This document shows, one piece after another, positions 58,647 through 64,000 of a stretch of 64,000 nucleotides of DNA. The notes under the pieces are model-generated. The model had not been told where the DNA came from. It was given only the letters and a program-made list of their open reading frames with translations, and did not search any database. The DNA is from Limisphaerales bacterium (GTDB taxonomy: Bacteria; Verrucomicrobiota; Verrucomicrobiia; Limisphaerales; SIBE01), in NCBI GenBank assembly GCA_044225505.1, contig JBGAIN010000015.1:1-64000 (forward strand), read 5' to 3'. Within the stretch, counting starts at the first letter, position 1; every line of letters begins with the position of its first letter. A program made the position numbers and the translations under genes.

Positions 58647-61159
58647 CTTTACCTTCCGAGTGGCGGCCTTGTTTAGAACTCGCCATTCAATTGGCGCTGG
58701 AAGCGGCAGTGATCCTCGGTTTGGCAGGCTGGGCGCAGAGCCGAAGTCGATCTCCGCTCTGGCACCGGGCGATCTGGCAAGGAGCGATCATGGCACTTGG
58801 GCTGATCGCCGTGGTGCAACTGAGCGGGCTTGCGGGCGATCTTGAACGTTCGATCCGCTGGGCGAAAGACCTTCTTGGATCGCCTGCGGAGAGCGACGCT
58901 GCCGTTCCGCTCGGATTGACAGATCAATTCCGACACGACGTGCTCGATCGGATCGCGGGAAGGGCTAGCGAGATCGGGTCGCAGAGCGGAGGCGTGCGGC
59001 AAGTGCCCCTTCTCGACGTGGTGGAAGTCCCGCTCGTCGAGGGGCATTCGCTGCCTTGGCCTGAGTTGGTGTGGGGAGTTGGAGCAGGGGCCGGCTTCGT
59101 TGTTATCGGACTGGCACATTTGCTTTTTCGCGGGCTGTTCCGACGTCAGCGTCGCGTCATCCAAGACGCAGCGTTGCACCAACGACTGCAAAGTCTGAGC
59201 GCGCATGTGGGGTTTCGGGGGCGGTTGCGAGTGTTTGAGTCGCCAAATCTTACCGGGCCAGTTGCTTTTGGTCTTCTGCGGCCGACCATTGGGCTGCCGT
59301 GCGAGTTCACGCAACGGTTTTCTCCGGCGCAACAGGACGCGATGTTGGCGCACGAGTTGGCACATCTCGCCGGGAACGATCCCTTTGGGCAAGCCGTAGC
59401 AGACGCCGTCGCTTGTCTGTTGTGGTGGCATCCCGTGGTTTGGTGGGCGCGGTTTCGGTTGCGTGCGGCGGCAGAGCTGGCCGCCGATGAAGCAAGTTTG
59501 CTCTTGCCCGCGGGGCCGGAAGTTCTGGCGGAATGCCTGGTGCAATTGGCTGGGCAAGTCGTGCGACGGCAGTCATTGGGGGGCATCGCCGCTACCGGCC
59601 CGGCCTATCGATCGGGGTTAGGCAAACGCATTGCACGTTTGATTAATTTGCGAGGACGGACGTGGGCTCCGCTTCCTCGTGCGCATCGCAACATTTGTAA
59701 AACTGTCTGGCCAATCGCCTTAATCATGGCAGCAGTGCTGTCAGCGGGATGGGCCAGACCACAACCTGAGAGTAAATCTATGAGAACGATTGGACAGACG
59801 TGGAAACGGTCTTTGGCAACATTGGGTCTGTTAGCGGCGCTACCGACCGAGGCGGCGGAATTGGGCGGAACAGCCTCAGCCTCCAGAGTCCGCACCGAGC
59901 AATCCGCCCCGCAGCCCATTGCGACGACGTCCCTGGTCAGCGACGCCCGGTTGCTCATCGAAATGGGCAAGCTCCAGCTTGCAGAGTCAAAGTTAGACCA
60001 AGCGCTTCGCCGAGATCCGGCCAACGGTGAGGCCATCCGATACTTAGGGCAGATCAAAAACTTACGAGAAGGACAAGCGGAACCAAAGCGCGATCCAAGC
60101 AGTTTACCAAGTCCGGTCGCTGTCGATTTAGCTGAACCGGCCCCGGTGCTTATGGCGGCCGCCGATCCGGTCAAGCCGACCCCAGCCCCGGCGGCCCCGG
60201 CGGAGCCGGAAGAACCGGCAACCGCGCCCGCGGAAGCGTCATCCCAGCCTGTTTTTAGAATGGATCCGGCCTTGATGCGACGTTACGGGTTGAGTCCGAC
60301 ACACCCTGCGCCGCCTGGAGCGAACGCGGCGCAAGGCCGAATGAGTCGAGGCAAACAGCAAATCGAGAATAAACTTAACGGGATTGTGTTGAACGAAGTG
60401 TTCTATGATGGGATTCCGTTAGTCGAGGTGATCAAGGACCTTCAAGAAGAAGCGCGGAAACGCGATCCAGCGCGCCAGGGTCTAAATTTCCTGATGAGTA
60501 ATGTGCCGGAAGGCCCGACCCACACCGGAGTTGATCCTACGACCGGACTCCCAATCCCCAGTGGCAACGTCGATCTGGCCAACGTCATTGTTCGCTTGAA
60601 ACTGCGCGATGTGCGGCTCAAAGACGTGCTCGATGCGCTTACGCGCGTGGCGGATCAACCGATCAAATACACGGTCGAAGATTATGGGGTCGTTTTAGCG
60701 CCTGGGAGCGGACCTGGTTTCTGGCCTCCAGCGTCAGGGAGGGCAGGGGAACCGGCGCGGTTGGTGGTGCGCACGTTCCGCGTGGACACCAACACCTTTC
60801 TGCCTGGGCTGGAGAACGCCTTTGGCATCACCATTGCCTCGGGATCTGGCAGCGGAGTGGCAAGCGCGAACGACCGCACCGAATCCAAGACTAAGGCGTC
60901 TACCGGCCGCGATGTGCAACAAGCGATGCGCACGCTCCTGCACCAGCTCGGTGTGAGTATGGACGGTCCGAACAAATCGGTTTTCTATAATGAACTCACG
61001 GGCATCTTGATGGTTCGAGCGGGCGAAGAAGACCTGGAGCTTGTCCAGGCCGCCATTGAAACGCTAGGTGGAAAAGCGTTGCGGCCAACCCCGGGCCGCG
61101 ACGGCGCAGCGGCTGGGACAGATCCCGAACGCCGCTCTGGCGGCAACCAGCTTTTCTAA
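58643..61159 (+). CDS. BlaR1/MecR1-type M56 peptidase fused to TPR and secretin-N/STN-like domains
   Basis: TM helices, GPVAFGLLRPTIGLP, LAHELAH, WWHPVVW, ELAAD; then a TPR-like segment (ARLLIEMGKLQLAE…DPANGEA) and secretin N-domain-like segments (LKLRDVRLKDVLDAL, SVFYNELTGILMVRAGEEDLELVQAAIETL). Confidence 0.85.
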   Translation: MTLPSEWRPCLELAIQLALEAAVILGLAGWAQSRSRSPLWHRAIWQGAIMALGLIAVVQLSGLAGDLERSIRWAKDLLGSPAESDAAVPLGLTDQFRHDVLDRIAGRASEIGSQSGGVRQVPLLDVVEVPLVEGHSLPWPELVWGVGAGAGFVVIGLAHLLFRGLFRRQRRVIQDAALHQRLQSLSAHVGFRGRLRVFESPNLTGPVAFGLLRPTIGLPCEFTQRFSPAQQDAMLAHELAHLAGNDPFGQAVADAVACLLWWHPVVWWARFRLRAAAELAADEASLLLPAGPEVLAECLVQLAGQVVRRQSLGGIAATGPAYRSGLGKRIARLINLRGRTWAPLPRAHRNICKTVWPIALIMAAVLSAGWARPQPESKSMRTIGQTWKRSLATLGLLAALPTEAAELGGTASASRVRTEQSAPQPIATTSLVSDARLLIEMGKLQLAESKLDQALRRDPANGEAIRYLGQIKNLREGQAEPKRDPSSLPSPVAVDLAEPAPVLMAAADPVKPTPAPAAPAEPEEPATAPAEASSQPVFRMDPALMRRYGLSPTHPAPPGANAAQGRMSRGKQQIENKLNGIVLNEVFYDGIPLVEVIKDLQEEARKRDPARQGLNFLMSNVPEGPTHTGVDPTTGLPIPSGNVDLANVIVRLKLRDVRLKDVLDALTRVADQPIKYTVEDYGVVLAPGSGPGFWPPASGRAGEPARLVVRTFRVDTNTFLPGLENAFGITIASGSGSGVASANDRTESKTKASTGRDVQQAMRTLLHQLGVSMDGPNKSVFYNELTGILMVRAGEEDLELVQAAIETLGGKALRPTPGRDGAAAGTDPERRSGGNQLF

Positions 61160-61169
61160 AGTCTGCCGG

Positions 61170-62399
61170 TCACTCGGAGATTTCTTCCACCAACGCGTCG
61201 GCTTTGCGGCCGGCGCGTCCCCATTTTAGTTCTGGAACGAGCAAAGCACAGGAGCTCAGGATCAAGGCGGTGGCGATCCAGCCGAGGGTGTGAATCTCCA
61301 AGGCTTGGATCGCGTGGAAAGCAGTGATGGGCGCCAAGACCCCACGCACTCCAGTAAAGAAGGTGTGCACGGACATGTAGTCAGCCACGTGGTCAGGAGG
61401 AGCAAACTTCGTCACCCATAAACTCCAGGCAACATCTCCGCCGGCATTGGAAATCCCAAAGACGACCGCTCCCCAGATCAAGCCCCTTGTATCGGTGCTA
61501 GTGAAGAAGGCCAGAATACCGATGGCAAACCCGAGGTTTAATGTGATGCGCAAGGCGAAAAAGTTCATACGGTCGAAGAGCCATCCCCAAACCGGACTCA
61601 TGACCAGGCGGGCTAGGTTAGGAATCACACCGGTCAGGAAAGCGATTTGACTCACGTTCAAGAGCAACCCGTATTTCGGATTCGCCAGATACTCTACTCG
61701 CATCGGCAGCATCATCAGATTGGCGAAACCCATGAGCATCCAGCAAATCAGAGTGCGGCGAAAGAGCGCGTCTTCGCGGACGAAACGAAGGGCGCGCAAT
61801 GGGTGCGTTCCTCCGGTCGCGGTTAATGGACGGGAAGGGCACCGCTGCAAACACCAACTGCCAAAGGCGAAAGCTGCGGCGAAGATCAGGAGCAGCCAGC
61901 GGAATCGTTCGATATGGCCCGATAGCGCCTTGCCAGCGAGGTGACTAAACAGCGCCGCGACGGCAATGCGGATCATTACAGTACGGGAGAAGAGATGGCC
62001 GCGCGCTTTCTCGGGGTAGTTATCCTGGTAGATCTGCGTCAGAAGCGGAATGATGGCCGCGGAGGCGGTTAAGCCCAAAATACTGCCCAACACGAACACG
62101 GGAAGAACCGGAAACAGGGCCATGACGATGCAACAGACCGCTCCGGCGCGCGCGATGCGGGAGGCGGCAAGGGCTGCTGGCCATCCGAGCCGAGCCACCA
62201 GAGAGACTACCACCGGCGACAACATCAGCCCTACGCTGCCTCCGCCCGCAACCAACGCCTTGGCGGTGGCGCCTGCTTGGAACCAACGCACCGCCGCTAG
62301 CAGGAAAAAGGTTGTGCCCGCCGTTTCCAGAATTCCGCTCGAGACCGCCCGCCACTTTTCAAAGCGGTAAGTTCGTGCGGTTTGGGCTTGGGCAAACAC
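61170..62399 (-). CDS. MFS transporter
   Basis: About 12 TM helices, YPEKARG, WGWLFDRMN, TKFAPP…YMSVHTFFTGVRG. Confidence 0.85.
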   Translation of the reverse strand: MFAQAQTARTYRFEKWRAVSSGILETAGTTFFLLAAVRWFQAGATAKALVAGGGSVGLMLSPVVVSLVARLGWPAALAASRIARAGAVCCIVMALFPVLPVFVLGSILGLTASAAIIPLLTQIYQDNYPEKARGHLFSRTVMIRIAVAALFSHLAGKALSGHIERFRWLLLIFAAAFAFGSWCLQRCPSRPLTATGGTHPLRALRFVREDALFRRTLICWMLMGFANLMMLPMRVEYLANPKYGLLLNVSQIAFLTGVIPNLARLVMSPVWGWLFDRMNFFALRITLNLGFAIGILAFFTSTDTRGLIWGAVVFGISNAGGDVAWSLWVTKFAPPDHVADYMSVHTFFTGVRGVLAPITAFHAIQALEIHTLGWIATALILSSCALLVPELKWGRAGRKADALVEEISE

Positions 62400-62558
62400 G
62401 GCCTCACATTAACGACCACATCCTGTTGCGCACGATCAAAGTGGGATAGGTCGCCGGGGATGACCTAGGCCGGGGCAAATCTTGAATGAGAGCTAAACGC
62501 TCTCAAACCGAGGCCCATCCGGGTGTCTCATCCGTTAACCTTAATGACATTGAGTTGG

Positions 62559-62578
62559 TTGGAGACAATTGTCTCCAA
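62559..62578. promoter_or_regulatory. Perfect 20-bp palindrome, candidate operator
   Basis: TTGGAGACAATTGTCTCCAA, 160 nt upstream of the MFS start. Confidence 0.5.
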
Positions 62579-63683
62579 ACGCGGCTCACCTGCTGGCTGT
62601 GCAACCTTTGGGGCTTTGGCGCAACGCCCAGCCTTCGAGTCGATCGAGCCGTTGTGAGGCGAGGTCGCTTTCAACCTGATTTGGTGGGGAAGGTTGCCCG
62701 AATGGGGGGACACGTACCTGAGCGGGATCAGTTGTTGCCTGACGCGGCTCACGGCCTGGCGTCGGTTTCGGCTTGCACTGGTCAGGTCCAGGGCTTGAGT
62801 CGGTCGGACAGCCTTTCACCTGCCCAGAGCCTTCCCAGAACCTGCTTTGCACTGATTGACATGGCGTTGCCGAGAGCGTTAGCCTCAGGGATCATGAATT
62901 CCGGGTGCGGAGTTTGCTGGCTTTTCCTCCATCAGCAATTGCTGATCCGGCTGTAACTAACTCGGATTTAGATATCAAAAAGGAGTCTTTGGGAATTTTT
63001 ACCAACGGCGCAGCTTTGCCAGATTCACGCGCCACCTTTGCAGAAACGTTTGCCGGCGCGCGGTCGTGGAAATGTCTCCCAGGTCGTCCACAATTGTGGA
63101 CGCGGTCGCAACACATATGGCCGCAATGAGTTCGGGCGCCGCGTACATCGGTAACCTCACAAAACGGGTCGCCGCGGTTTACGCCGCTGGTGCAAAAAAG
63201 TCACCAAATCCGGGGCGGAATCTCGAGCCGACGTCAAAACACAATCCCGCAACGCGCGACCGATGGCAACCAGGTCGTTTTCAGCTGCTGACGAGAATAC
63301 TTGGGAATCTTTGCCGGCGCGGGTTGCCGGTCCGTTTCATGGAACCAATAAGGTGTGCCGAAAGGCGAGTGCAACCGCTCGATTCGCGCGCCCTCACGCT
63401 CTCGAGTAAACAGCGCTCGGAGTGGCGCGAGGTTCCCAGGTCGCGATGCCAGAGACGGCGTATTGCGGTAGGCAGGGCTTGGCCTCGAAGACTGTGTCAA
63501 AGAATGGAGTGGTAGCGACCGAGTGCAATGAACGGCGGGAGGCCGCCCTGAAGGATGTCGACGACGATTGTCCCTCCGTCATTGACTCGGGCTGCTCGCT
63601 TGAGCTGCAAAGCGCGAGGATCTGTTTGATTGTTGCCGTCGTGAGGGGATACTTTGGCACGAACGTTTTGGGCAACCATCGCC

Positions 63684-64000
63684 ATGCATACTCAACAGAA
63701 TTTCATCGGAGGCCAGTGGGTCGCCGCGAAGTCGGGTCGCACTTTCAAGAACGTCAACCCGGCTGACACAAGACAACCTGTCGCGGAATACCCGCTAAGC
63801 GGGAAGGAAGAGGCGGTGGCGGCCATTGAAGCGGCCCGCCAAGCGTTCCCGGCGTGGAGCGCCCAGACGCCAGTGGCGCGGGGTCGGATTCTGAGCAAAG
63901 CGTCGCAGATCCTGGAGGGGCGCAAGGCGGCGCTGAGCGAAGCGTTGACCCGCGAAGAAGGCAAAACATTGGCCGAAAGCACGGGCGAAGTGCAGCGGGC
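63684..64000 (+). CDS. Aldehyde dehydrogenase family protein, 5' part (runs off the window; absent from the ORF track)
   Basis: Manual translation: MHTQQNFIGGQWVAAKSGRTFKNVNPADT…AIEAARQAFPAWS…RGRIL…LTREEGKTLAESTGEVQR. Confidence 0.92.
   Translation, partial: MHTQQNFIGGQWVAAKSGRTFKNVNPADTRQPVAEYPLSGKEEAVAAIEAARQAFPAWSAQTPVARGRILSKASQILEGRKAALSEALTREEGKTLAESTGEVQR

Noticed and set aside
58673..59557. 294-aa minus-strand ORF
   Set aside because: It lies wholly antisense to the well-supported M56 gene and has no recognisable domain.
62486..62956. 156-aa ORF in the MFS-ALDH intergenic region
   Set aside because: No recognisable motifs and atypical composition; it cannot be supported without homology evidence.
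63655..63672. TGGCAC upstream of the ALDH gene as a sigma54 promoter
   Set aside because: There is no GC at the -12 position (GG-N10-TT) and it is too close to the ATG.
1..64000. CRISPR arrays, tRNA/rRNA genes, IS elements, prophage
   Set aside because: No regularly spaced DNA repeats, RNA gene signatures, transposases, integrases or phage genes were recognised by eye; a covariance-model scan was not possible.

Overview
This 64-kb window is gene-dense bacterial chromosome, probably Verrucomicrobiota (Pedosphaera/Limisphaera-like). That assignment is inferred from protein styles such as the C-terminal 'FFRL' tail, the DPxAAxxW solenoid protein and the M56-secretin-N fusion. Contents in order: (1) 87-10463, a minus-strand six-gene operon (two circularly permuted ATP-grasp proteins, alpha-E domains, two transglutaminases, a DUF2126 amidoligase and a zinc peptidase) behind a good sigma54 -24/-12 motif. 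(2) 11383-35690, a ~24-kb Wzx/Wzy exopolysaccharide locus with a D-glucuronyl C5-epimerase-family gene, an AlgD-like NDP-sugar dehydrogenase and a priming transferase missing its KFRxM motif. (3) DUF2721, TerC, photolyase, TrpB2, an SphA-type porin and a GH27 enzyme. (4) 43530-48484, a compact type VII secretion-like module of three WXG100-like helical proteins plus a membrane-anchored FtsK/EccC-like ATPase, split by a frameshift, in a diderm host with no other T7SS genes nearby; this is the best candidate for an uncharacterised system. (5) A beta-propeller/di-heme protein, PhoD, a helical repeat protein, a B12 radical SAM enzyme, MiaE and TrxC. (6) A BlaI/M56 pair with a clear operator, where the sensor carries secretin-like N-domains and a possible internal start. 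(7) An MFS transporter, a 1.3-kb intergenic region with a perfect 20-bp palindrome, and the 5' end of an aldehyde dehydrogenase. No rRNA, tRNA, CRISPR array or mobile element was recognised. Several lesions may be sequencing or assembly errors.
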